A stretch of 64,000 nucleotides of DNA from Squalus acanthias (Eukaryota): NCBI GenBank assembly GCA_030390025.1, contig JASTWF010000034.1, positions 5,208,001 to 5,272,000 on the forward strand, given 5' to 3'. How positions within the stretch are numbered: the stretch's first letter is position 1; each line of letters starts with the position of its first letter. Made by a program: the position numbers and the translations under genes. This document shows positions 30,001-42,639 of the stretch, piece by piece. The notes under the pieces are model-generated. The model saw nothing but the letters and a program-made list of their open reading frames with translations. It made no database searches and had not been told where the DNA came from.

Positions 30001-33000
30001 ATACACAGGGTAAAACTGTCACAGTTAATTGTTAAATTGGGTATGATAACCAATACACAGGGTAAAACTGTCACAGTTAATTGTTAAATTGGGTATGATA
30101 ACCAATACACAGGGTAAAACTGTCACAGTTAATTGTTAAATTGGGTATGATAACCAATACACAGGGTAAAACTGTCACAGTTAATTGTTAAATTGGGTAT
30201 GATAACCAATACACAGGGTAAAACTGTCACAGTTAATTGTTAAATTGGGTATGATAACCAATACACAGGGTAAAACTGTCACAGTTAATTGTTAAATTGG
30301 GTATGATAACCAATACACAGGGTAAAACTGTCACAGTTAATTGTTAAATTGGGTATGATAACCAATACACAGGGTAAAACTGTCACAGTTAATTGTTAAA
30401 TTGGGTATGATAACCAATACACAGGGTAAAACTGTCACAGTTAATTGTTAAATTGGGTATGATAACCAATACACAGGGTAAAACTGTCACAGTTAATTGT
30501 TAAATTGGGTATGATAACCAATACACAGGGTAAAACTGTCACAGTTAATTGTTAAATTGGGTATGATAACCAATACACAGGGTAAAACTGTCACAGTTAA
30601 TTGTTAAATTGGGTATGATAACCAATACACAGGGTAAAACTGTCACAGTTAATTGTTAAATTGGGTATGATAACCAATACACAGGGTAAAACTGTCACAG
30701 TTAATTGTTAAATTGGGTATGATAACCAATACACAGGGTAAAACTGTCACAGTTAATTGTTAAATTGGGTATGATAACCAATACACAGGGTAAAACTGTC
30801 ACAGTTAATTGTTAAATTGGGTATGATAACCAATACACAGGGTAAAACTGTCACAGTTAATTGTTAAATTGGGTATGATAACCAATACACAGGGTAAAAC
30901 TGTCACAGTTAATTGTTAAATTGGGTATGATAACCAATACACAGGGTAAAACTGTCACAGTTAATTGTTAAATTGGGTATGATAACCAATACACAGGGTA
31001 AAACTGTCACAGTTAATTGTTAAATTGGGTATGATAACCAATACACAGGGTAAAACTGTCACAGTTAATTGTTAAATTGGGTATGATAACCAATACACAG
31101 GGTAAAACTGTCACAGTTAATTGTTAAATTGGGTATGATAACCAATACACAGGGTAAAACTGTCACAGTTAATTGTTAAATTGGGTATGATAACCAATAC
31201 ACAGGGTAAAACTGTCACAGTTAATTGTTAAATTGGGTATGATAACCAATACACAGGGTAAAACTGTCACAGTTAATTGTTAAATTGGGTATGATAACCA
31301 ATACACAGGGTAAAACTGTCACAGTTAATTGTTAAATTGGGTATGATAACCAATACACAGGGTAAAACTGTCACAGTTAATTGTTAAATTGGGTATGATA
31401 ACCAATACACAGGGTAAAACTGTCACAGTTAATTGTTAAATTGGGTATGATAACCAATACACAGGGTAAAACTGTCACAGTTAATTGTTAAATTGGGTAT
31501 GATAACCAATACACAGGGTAAAACTGTCACAGTTAATTGTTAAATTGGGTATGATAACCAATACACAGGGTAAAACTGTCACAGTTAATTGTTAAATTGG
31601 GTATGATAACCAATACACAGGGTAAAACTGTCACAGTTAATTGTTAAATTGGGTATGATAACCAATACACAGGGTAAAACTGTCACAGTTAATTGTTAAA
31701 TTGGGTATGATAACCAATACACAGGGTAAAACTGTCACAGTTAATTGTTAAATTGGGTATGATAACCAATACACAGGGTAAAACTGTCACAGTTAATTGT
31801 TAAATTGGGTATGATAACCAATACACAGGGTAAAACTGTCACAGTTAATTGTTAAATTGGGTATGATAACCAATACACAGGGTAAAACTGTCACAGTTAA
31901 TTGTTAAATTGGGTATGATAACCAATACACAGGGTAAAACTGTCACAGTTAATTGTTAAATTGGGTATGATAACCAATACACAGGGTAAAACTGTCACAG
32001 TTAATTGTTAAATTGGGTATGATAACCAATACACAGGGTAAAACTGTCACAGTTAATTGTTAAATTGGGTATGATAACCAATACACAGGGTAAAACTGTC
32101 ACAGTTAATTGTTAAATTGGGTATGATAACCAATACACAGGGTAAAACTGTCACAGTTAATTGTTAAATTGGGTATGATAACCAATACACAGGGTAAAAC
32201 TGTCACAGTTAATTGTTAAATTGGGTATGATAACCAATACACAGGGTAAAACTGTCACAGTTAATTGTTAAATTGGGTATGATAACCAATACACAGGGTA
32301 AAACTGTCACAGTTAATTGTTAAATTGGGTATGATAACCAATACACAGGGTAAAACTGTCACAGTTAATTGTTAAATTGGGTATGATAACCAATACACAG
32401 GGTAAAACTGTCACAGTTAATTGTTAAATTGGGTATGATAACCAATACACAGGGTAAAACTGTCACAGTTAATTGTTAAATTGGGTATGATAACCAATAC
32501 ACAGGGTAAAACTGTCACAGTTAATTGTTAAATTGGGTATGATAACCAATACACAGGGTAAAACTGTCACAGTTAATTGTTAAATTGGGTATGATAACCA
32601 ATACACAGGGTAAAACTGTCACAGTTAATTGTTAAATTGGGTATGATAACCAATACACAGGGTAAAACTGTCACAGTTAATTGTTAAATTGGGTATGATA
32701 ACCAATACACAGGGTAAAACTGTCACAGTTAATTGTTAAATTGGGTATGATAACCAATACACAGGGTAAAACTGTCACAGTTAATTGTTAAATTGGGTAT
32801 GATAACCAATACACAGGGTAAAACTGTCACAGTTAATTGTTAAATTGGGTATGATAACCAATACACAGGGTAAAACTGTCACAGTTAATTGTTAAATTGG
32901 GTATGATAACCAATACACAGGGTAAAACTGTCACAGTTAATTGTTAAATTGGGTATGATAACCAATACACAGGGTAAAACTGTCACAGTTAATTGTTAAA

Positions 33001-36000
33001 TTGGGTATGATAACCAATACACAGGGTAAAACTGTCACAGTTAATTGTTAAATTGGGTATGATAACCAATACACAGGGTAAAACTGTCACAGTTAATTGT
33101 TAAATTGGGTATGATAACCAATACACAGGGTAAAACTGTCACAGTTAATTGTTAAATTGGGTATGATAACCAATACACAGGGTAAAACTGTCACAGTTAA
33201 TTGTTAAATTGGGTATGATAACCAATACACAGGGTAAAACTGTCACAGTTAATTGTTAAATTGGGTATGATAACCAATACACAGGGTAAAACTGTCACAG
33301 TTAATTGTTAAATTGGGTATGATAACCAATACACAGGGTAAAACTGTCACAGTTAATTGTTAAATTGGGTATGATAACCAATACACAGGGTAAAACTGTC
33401 ACAGTTAATTGTTAAATTGGGTATGATAACCAATACACAGGGTAAAACTGTCACAGTTAATTGTTAAATTGGGTATGATAACCAATACACAGGGTAAAAC
33501 TGTCACAGTTAATTGTTAAATTGGGTATGATAACCAATACACAGGGTAAAACTGTCACAGTTAATTGTTAAATTGGGTATGATAACCAATACACAGGGTA
33601 AAACTGTCACAGTTAATTGTTAAATTGGGTATGATAACCAATACACAGGGTAAAACTGTCACAGTTAATTGTTAAATTGGGTATGATAACCAATACACAG
33701 GGTAAAACTGTCACAGTTAATTGTTAAATTGGGTATGATAACCAATACACAGGGTAAAACTGTCACAGTTAATTGTTAAATTGGGTATGATAACCAATAC
33801 ACAGGGTAAAACTGTCACAGTTAATTGTTAAATTGGGTATGATAACCAATACACAGGGTAAAACTGTCACAGTTAATTGTTAAATTGGGTATGATAACCA
33901 ATACACAGGGTAAAACTGTCACAGTTAATTGTTAAATTGGGTATGATAACCAATACACAGGGTAAAACTGTCACAGTTAATTGTTAAATTGGGTATGATA
34001 ACCAATACACAGGGTAAAACTGTCACAGTTAATTGTTAAATTGGGTATGATAACCAATACACAGGGTAAAACTGTCACAGTTAATTGTTAAATTGGGTAT
34101 GATAACCAATACACAGGGTAAAACTGTCACAGTTAATTGTTAAATTGGGTATGATAACCAATACACAGGGTAAAACTGTCACAGTTAATTGTTAAATTGG
34201 GTATGATAACCAATACACAGGGTAAAACTGTCAGTTAATTGTTAAATTGGGTATGATAACCAATACACAGGGTAAAACTGTCAGTTAATTGTTAAATTGG
34301 GTATGATAACCAATACACAGGGTAAAACTGTCACAGTTAATTGTTAAATTGGGTATGATAACCAATACACAGTGTAAAACTGTCACAGTTAATGGTTAAA
34401 TTGGGTATGATAACATACACAGGGTAAAACTGTAAGTTAATTGTTAATTGGGTATGATAACAAATACACAGGATAAAACTGTCACAGTTAATTGTTAAAT
34501 TGGGTATGATACCAATACACAGGGTAAAACTGTCACAGTTAATGGTTAAATTGGGTATGATAACATACACAGGGTAAAACTGTAAGTTAATTGTTAAATT
34601 GGGTATGATAACAAATACACAGGATAAAACTGTCACAGTTAATGTTTAAATTGGGTATGATAACCAATACACAGGGTAAAACTGTCACAGTTAATTGTTA
34701 AATTGGGTATGATAACAAATACACAGGGTAAAACAGTCACAGTTAATTGTTAAATTGTGTATGATAACCAATACACAGGGTAAAACTGTCACAGTTAATG
34801 GTTAAATTGGGTATGATAAACAATACACAGGGTAAAACTGTCATAGTTAATGGTTAAATTGGGTATGAGAACCAATACACAGGGTAAAACTGTCACAGTT
34901 AATTGTTAAATTGGGTATGATAACCAATACACAGTGTAAAACTGTTAGTTAATTGTTAAATTGGATATGATAACCAATACACAGGGTAAAACTTTCAGTT
35001 AATTGTTAAATTGGGTATGATAACAAATACACAGGGTAAAACTGTCACAGTTAATTGTTAAATTGGGTATGATAACCAATACACAGTGTAAAACTGTCAC
35101 AGTTAATGGTTAAATTGGGTATGATAACATACACAGGGTAAAACTGTAAGTTAATTGTTAAATTGGGTATGATAACAAACACACAGGATAAAACTGTCAC
35201 AGTTAATTGTTAAATTGGGTATGATACCAATACACAGGGTAAAACTGTCACAGATAATGGTTAAATTGGGTATGAGAACCAATACACAGTGTAAAACTGT
35301 CACAGTTAATTGTTAAATTGGGTATGATAAACAATACACAGGGTAAAGCTGTCACAGTTAATGGTTAAATTGGGTATGATAACCAATACACAGGGTAAAA
35401 CTGTCACAGTTAATGGTTAAATTGGGTATGATAACCAATAGACAGGGTAAAACTGTCATAGTTAATGGTTAAATTGAGTATGATAACCAATACACAGGGT
35501 AAAACTGTCACAGTTAATTGTTAAATTGGGTATGATAACCAATACACAGTGTAAAACTGTTAGTTAATTGTTAAATTGGATATGATAACCAATACACAGG
35601 GTAAAACTTTCAGTTAATTGTTAAATTGGGTATGATAACAAATACACAGGGTAAAACTGTCACAGTTAATTGTTAAATTGGGTATGATAACCAATACACA
35701 GTGTAAAACTGTCACAGTTAATGGTTAAATTGGGTATGATAACATACACAGGGTAAAACTGTAAGTTAATTGTTAAATTGGGTATGATAACAAATACACA
35801 GTATAAAACTGTCACAGTTAATTGTTAAATTGGGTATGATACCAATACACAGGGTAAAACTGTCACAGTTAATGGTTAAATTGGGTATGATAACCAATAC
35901 ACAGGGTAAAACTGTCACAGTTAATGGTTAAATTGGGTATGATAACCAATACACAGGGTAAAACTGTCACAGTTAATTGTTAAATTGGGTATGATAACCA

Positions 36001-39000
36001 ATACACAGGGTAAAACTGTCAGTTAATTGTTAAATTGGGTATGATAACCAATACACAGGGTAAAACTGTCGCAGTTAATTGTTAAATTGGATATGATAAC
36101 CAATACACAGGGTAAAACTGTCAGTTAATTGTTAAATTGGCTATGATAACCAATACACAGGGTAAAACAGTCACAGTTAATTGTTAAATTGGGTATGATA
36201 ACCAATACACAGTGTAAAACTGTCAGTTAATTGTTAAATTGGATATGATAACCAATACACGGGGTAAAACTGTCAGTTAATTGTTAAATTGTGTCTGATA
36301 ACCAATACACGGGGTAAAACTGTCACAGTTAATGATTAAATTGGGTATGATAACCAATACACAGGGTAAAACTGCAAGTTAATTGTTAAATTGGGTATGA
36401 TAACCAATACACAGGGTAAAACTGTCACAGTTAATTGTTAAATTGGGTATGATAACCAATACACAGGGTTAAACTGTCACAGTTAATTGTTAAATTGGGT
36501 ATGATAACCAATACACAGGTAAAACTGTCAGTTGATTGTTAAATTGTGTATGATAACCAATACACAGAGTAAAACTGTCACAGTTAATTGTTAAATTGGA
36601 TATGATAACCAATACACAGGGTAAAACTGTCAGTTTATTGTTAAATTGGGTATGATAAACAATACACTGGGTTAAACTGTCACGGTTTATTAAATTGTGT
36701 ATGATAACCACTACACAGGGTAAAACTGTCAGTTAATTGTTAAATTGGGTATGATAACCACTACACAGTGTAAAACTGTCAGTTAATTGTTAAATTGGGT
36801 AAGATAACCAATACACAGGGTAAAACTGTCACAGTTAATTGTTAAATTGGGTATGATAACCACTACACAGTGTAAAACTGTCACAGTTAATTGTTAAATT
36901 GGGTATGATAACCAATACACAGGGTGAAACTGTCACAGTTAATTGTTAAATTGGGTATGATTACCAATACAAGGGCAAAACTGTCACAGTTAATTGTTAA
37001 ATTGGGTATGATAACAAATACACAGGGTAAAACTGTCACAGTTAATTGTTAAATTGGGTATGATAACCAAAACGCAGGGTTAAACTGTCACAGTCTATTG
37101 TTAAATTGGGTATGATAACAAATACACAGAGTAAAACTGTCACAGTTAATTGTTAAATTGGGTATGATAACCAATACACAGGGTAAAACTGTCACAGTTA
37201 ATTGTTAAATTGGGTATGATAACAAATACACATAGTGAAACTATCACAGTTAATTGTTAAATTGGGTATGATAACCAATACACAGGGTAAAACTGTCACA
37301 GTTAATTGTTAAATTGGGTATGATAACCAATACACAGGGTAAAACTGTCAGTTGATTGTTAAATTGTGTATGATTACCAATACACAGGGTTAAACTGTCA
37401 CAGTTAATTGTTAAATTGGTTATGATAACCAATACAAAGAGTAAAACTGTCAGTTAATTGTTAAATTGTATATGATAACCAATACACAGGATAAAACTGT
37501 CACAGTTAATTGTTAAATTGGGTATGATAACTAATACACAGGGTAAAACTGTCGCAGTTAATGGTTAAATTGGTTATGATAACCAATACACAGGGTAAAA
37601 CTGTCACAGTTAATGGTTAAATTGGGTATAATAACCAATACACAGGGTAAAACTGTCACAGTTAATGGTTAAATTGGGTATGATAACCAATACACAGGGT
37701 AAAACTGTCACAGTTAATGGTTAAATTGGGTATGATAACCAATACACAGGGTAAAACTGTCACAGTTAATGGTTAAATTGGGTATGATAACCAATACACA
37801 GGGTAAAACTGTCACAGTTAATGGTTAAATTGGGTATGATAACCAATACACAGGGTAAAACTGTCTCAGTTAATGGTTAAATTGGGTATGATAACCAATA
37901 CACAGGGTAAAACTGTCACAGTTAATGGTTAAATTGGGTATGATAACCAATACACAGGGTAAAACTGTCACAGTTAATTGTTAAATTGGGTATGATAAAC
38001 AATACACAGGGTAAAACTGTCACAGTTAATGGTTAAATTGGGTATGATAACCAATACACAGGGTAAAACTGTCACAGTTAATGGTTAAATTGGGTATGAT
38101 AACCAATACACAGGGTAAAACTGTCACAGTTAATGGTTAAATTGGGTATGATAACCAAAACACAGTGTAAAACTGTTAGTTAATTGTTAAATTGGATATG
38201 ATAACCAATACACAGGGTAAAACTGTCACAGTTAATTGTTAAATTGGGTATGATAACCAATACACAGTGTAAAACTGTCACAGTTAATGGTTAAATTGGG
38301 TATGATAACATACACAGGGTAAAACTGTAAGTTAATTGTTAAATTGGGTATGATAACAAATACACAGGATAAATCTGTCACAGTTAATGTTTAAATTGGG
38401 TATGATAACCAATACACAGGGTAAAACTGTCACAGTTAATTGTTAAATTGGGTATGATAAACAATACACAGGGTAAAACTGTCACAGATAATGGTTAAAT
38501 TGGGTATGAGAACCAATACACAGGATAAAACTGTCACAGTTAGTTGTTAAATTGTGTATGATAAACAATACACAGGGTAAAGCTGTCACAGTTAATGGTT
38601 AAATTGGGTATGATAACCAATACACAGGGTAAAACTGTTACAGTTAATGGTTAAATTGGGTATGATAACCAATACACAGGGTAAAACTGTCATAGTTAAT
38701 GGTTAAATTGGGTATGATAACCAATACACAGGGTAAAACTGTCACAGTTAATTGTTAAATTGGGTATGATAACCAATACACAGTGTAAAACTGTTAGTTA
38801 ATTGTTAAATTGGATATGATAACCAATACACAGGGTAAAACTTTCAGTTAATTGTTAAATTGGGTATGATAACAAATACACAGGGTAAAACTGTCACAGT
38901 TAATTGTTAAATTGGGTATGATAACCAATACACAGTGTAAAACTGTCACAGTTAATGGTTAAATTGGGTATGATAACATACACAGGGTAAAACTGTAAGT

Positions 39001-40620
39001 TAATTGTTAAATTGGGTATGATAACAAATACACAGGATAAAACTGTCACAGTTAATTGTTAAATTGGGTATGATACCAATACACAGGGTAAAACTGTCAC
39101 AGATAATGGTTAAATTGGGTATGAGAACCAATACACAGTGTAAAACTGTCACAGTTAATTGTTAAATTGGGTATGATAAACAATACACAGGGTAAAGCTG
39201 TCACAGTTAATGGTTAAATTGGGTATGATAACCAATACACAGGGTAAAACTGTCACAGTTAATGGTTAAATTGGGTATGATAACCAATACACAGGGTAAA
39301 ACTGTAAGTTAATTGTTAAATTGGGTATGATAACAAATACACAGGATAAAACTGTCACAGTTAATTGTTAAATTGGGTATGATACCAATACACAGGGTAA
39401 AACTGTCACAGTTAATGGTTAAATTGGGTATGATAACCAATACACAGGGTAAAACTGTCACAGTTAATGGTTAAATTGGGTATGATAACCAATACACAGG
39501 GTAAAACTGTCACAGTTAATTGTTAAATTGGGTATGATAACCAATACACAGGGTAAAACTGTCAGTTAATTGTTAAATTGGGTATGATAACAAATACACA
39601 GGGTAAAACTGTCACAGTTAATTGTTAAATTGGGTATGATAACCAATACACAGGGTGAAACTGTCAGTTAATGGTTAAATTGGGAATGATAACCAATACA
39701 CAGGGTAAAACAGTCAGGTAATTGTTAAATTGGGTATGATATCCAATACACAGGGTAAAACTGTCACAGTTAATTGTTAAATTGGGTATGATAACAAATA
39801 CACAGGGTAAAACTGTCACAGTTAATTAATAAATTGGGTATGATAACTAATACACAGAGTAAAACTGTCGCAGTTAATGTTTAAATTGGTTATGATAACC
39901 AATACACAGGGTAAAACTGTCACAGTTAAATGTTAAATTGGGTATGATAACCAATACACGGTAAAACTGTCACAGTTAATGGTTAAATTGGGTATGATAA
40001 CCAATACACAGGGTAAAACTGTCAGTTAATTGTTAAATTGGGTATGATAACCAATACACAGGGTAAAACTGTCACAGTTAATGGTTAAATTGGGTATGAT
40101 AACCAATACACAGGGTAAAACTGTCAGTTAATTGTTAAATTGGGTATCATAACCAATACACAGGGTAAAACTGTCAGTTAATTGTTAAATTGGGAATGAT
40201 AACCAATACACAGAGTAAAACATTCAGGTAATTGTTAAATTGGGTATGATATCCAATACACAGGGTAAAACTGTCACAGTTAATTGTTAAATTGGTTATG
40301 ATAAACAATACACAGGGTAAAGCTGTCAGTTAATTTTTAAATTGGGTATGATAACCAATACACAGTGTAAAACTGTTAGTTAATTGTTAAATTGGGTATG
40401 ATAACCAATACACACGGTAAAGCTGTCACAGTTAATTGTTAAATTGGGTATGATAACCAATACACAGGGTAAAACTGTCACAGTTAATTGTTAAATTGGG
40501 TATGATAACCATTACACAGGGTAAAACTGTCACAGTTAATTGTTAAATTGGGTATGATAACCAATAAACAAGGGAGTAAAGTTAATTGTTAATTCTTAAA
40601 TTGGAAATAAGCAAAACACA
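1..40620. repeat. 52-bp tandem satellite array (~780 monomers), consensus AAATTGGGTATGATAACCAATACACAGGGTAAAACTGTCACAGTTAATTGTT; 50-bp variant lacks one CA
   Basis: Directly visible uninterrupted head-to-tail repetition. 17/52 GC, no CpG in the consensus. The array runs off the left edge; the last recognisable degenerate unit is at ~40560-40620. Confidence 0.99.
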
Positions 40621-40884
40621 ACAACAACTTATATTTATATAGCGCCTTTAACGTAGTAAAACGTCCCAAGGCGCTTCACAGGAGTGTATCAAACAACTTT
40701 TGACATCGAGCCACATAAGGAGATATTTGGGCAGATAACCAAAAGCTTGGTCAAAGAGGTAATTTTTAAGGAGCGTCTTGATGGAGGAGAGAGAGGCAGA
40801 GAGGTTTACGGACAGAATTCCAGAGCTTAGGGCCCAGGCAGCTGAAGGCATGGCCACCAATGGTGGACTGATTAAAATCAGGGA
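40617..40884 (-). mobile_element. L2-clade LINE 3' end fragment
   Basis: Minus strand ends ...GTGAAGCGCCTTGGGACGTTTTACTACGTTAAAGGCGCTATATAAATATAAGTTGTTGTTGT, an L2-type tail with (TTG)n. The frame encodes SLSSIKTLLKNYLFDQAF, matching the L2 ORF2 C-terminal 'FK..LKT.LF' motif. Confidence 0.75.
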
Positions 40885-41130
40885 TACATTGAGGGGGACA
40901 TTGAGAGAGACATTGACTGAAACATAGAGCGAGACATTGGGTGGGTCATTGAACGGGCCATAGAGAGAGTCAGACAGACAGAAAGAGATAAATAGAAACA
41001 AAGAGAGTGGGCAGATTGAGAGACAGAAATAGAGAGACAGAAAGTCAGGGTGAGAGCCACAGGCAGCCAGAGAGAGACAGACAGGCGGAGAGAGGCAGAG
41101 GGAAGAGAAAGACAGGGATAGATATTGAGA
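40885..41130. repeat. Degenerate ~12-bp GACATTGAGAGA repeat followed by GA-rich low-complexity tract
   Basis: Recurring (g)acattga units at 40885-40955, then GAGA/GACA-rich sequence. Confidence 0.7.
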
Positions 41131-42600
41131 GTTAGAAAATAGGAACATATGAAATTGGAGCAGGAGTAGGCCATTTGGCCCCTCGATCCTGCTCCGTCGT
41201 TCAATAAGGTCATGGCTGATCTTCTACCTCAGCTCCACTTTCCTGAACTATCCCCATATCCCTTGATTCCTTTAATATTCAAAAATCTTTCAATCTCTGT
41301 CTTGAATATACTCAACGACTGAGCATCCACAGCCCTCTGGGGTAGAGAATTGCAAAGATTCCCCACCCTCCGAGTGAAGAATTTTCTCCTCATCTCGGAC
41401 CTAACTGGTCGACGTCTTTTGCTGAGACTGTGACCCCTTGTTCTAGACTACCGAGCCAGGGGAAACATCCTCACTGCATCTACCCTGTTAAGCCCGCTAA
41501 GAATTTTATATATTTCCATGAGATTACCTCTCATTCTTCTAAATTCTAGAGAATATAGGCCTAGTCTACTCAATCTGTCCTCATAGGACAAACCCCCCAT
41601 CCCAGGAACCAGTCTGGTGAACCTTCGTTGCGATCCCTCTTTGGCAATTATATCCTTCCTTAGGTAAGGAGACCAAAACTGTACACAGTACTCCTGGTGT
41701 GGTCTCACCAGGGCCTTATATAATTGCAGTATGACGTCTTTACTCTTATATTCAAATCCTCTTGTAATAAAGGCCAACATACCATTTGCTTTCCTAATTA
41801 TTTGCTGTACCTGCATGTTACCTTTTAGTGATTCATGTACAAGGACACCCAGGTCCCTCTGAACACCAACATTTCCCAATCTCTCAACATTTAAAAAATA
41901 CTTTGCTTTACTATTTTTCATAACTGCACATTTCTCCACATTATATTCCATTTGCCATGTTCTTGCCCATTCACTTAGCCTGTCTATATCCCCTTGAAGC
42001 CTCCTTGCATCCTCCTCACAACTTACATTCCCACCCAGCTTTGTATCATCAGCAAACTTGGATATATTGCATTTGGTCCCCTCATCCAAATCATTGATAT
42101 ATATCGTAAATAGCTGTGGCCCAAACACTGATTCTTGCGGTACCCCACTAGTTACAGCCTGCCAAACCGAAAATGACTCGTTTATTGCTATTCTCTGTTT
42201 TCTGTCCGTTAACCAATCCTCAACCCATGCTAGAATATTACCCCCAATCCCATTTTGTTTAATAACCTCTTGTGCGGCACCTTATCAAATGACTTCTGAA
42301 AATCCAAATCTACCACATCTACTGTCTCCCCCTTATCTGTTGTGCTAGTTACAACCTCAAAAAACTCTAACAAATTTGTCAAACACGATTTCCCTTTCAT
42401 AAATCCGTGTTGACTCTGCCCAATCCTATTATAATTTTCTAAGTGCCCTGTTACTACGTCCTTAATATATTTTAGCATTTTCCCTACTACTGATGTCAGG
42501 AAAACTGGTCTGCAGTTCCCCGTTTTCTCTCTCCCTCCTTTCTTAATTATTGGGGTTACATTTGCTACATTCCAATCCGCGGCAAACGTTCTAAAATCGA
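41131..42600 (-). mobile_element. 5'-truncated CR1 LINE (RT region plus 3' UTR), disabled
   Basis: ORFs 42230..42478 (QHGFMKGKSCLTNLLEFF...FDKVPH) and 41448..42128 (GPQLFTIYINDLD...KFADDTK...LGLYSLEFRRMRG). CR1 3' UTR GGAGCAGGAGTAGGCC at ~41157. Frameshifted. Confidence 0.92.
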
Positions 42601-42639
42601 TGCAATTTATGGAATTCCATCTGCCATCTATTTTGTTTT

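Noticed and set aside
264..37432. Minus-strand ORFs in the satellite (264..449, 34337..34636, 36490..36711, 37250..37432)
   Set aside because: They arise only where indels or substitutions bypass the stops in the 52-bp unit, and are translations of the repeat. The hydrophobic TVLPCVLVIIPNL resemblance to a TM helix is not supported.
1..40620. CRISPR array
   Set aside because: Units are contiguous with no unique spacers, there are no cas genes, and the context is vertebrate.
1..40620. Telomeric or G-quadruplex repeat
   Set aside because: No TTAGGG units. Only two GGG runs per 52 bp, separated by long loops.
40648..41213. 166-aa and 111-aa Ser/Leu-rich ORFs
   Set aside because: Read-through of the GA-rich low-complexity tract joined to L2 and CR1 ends.
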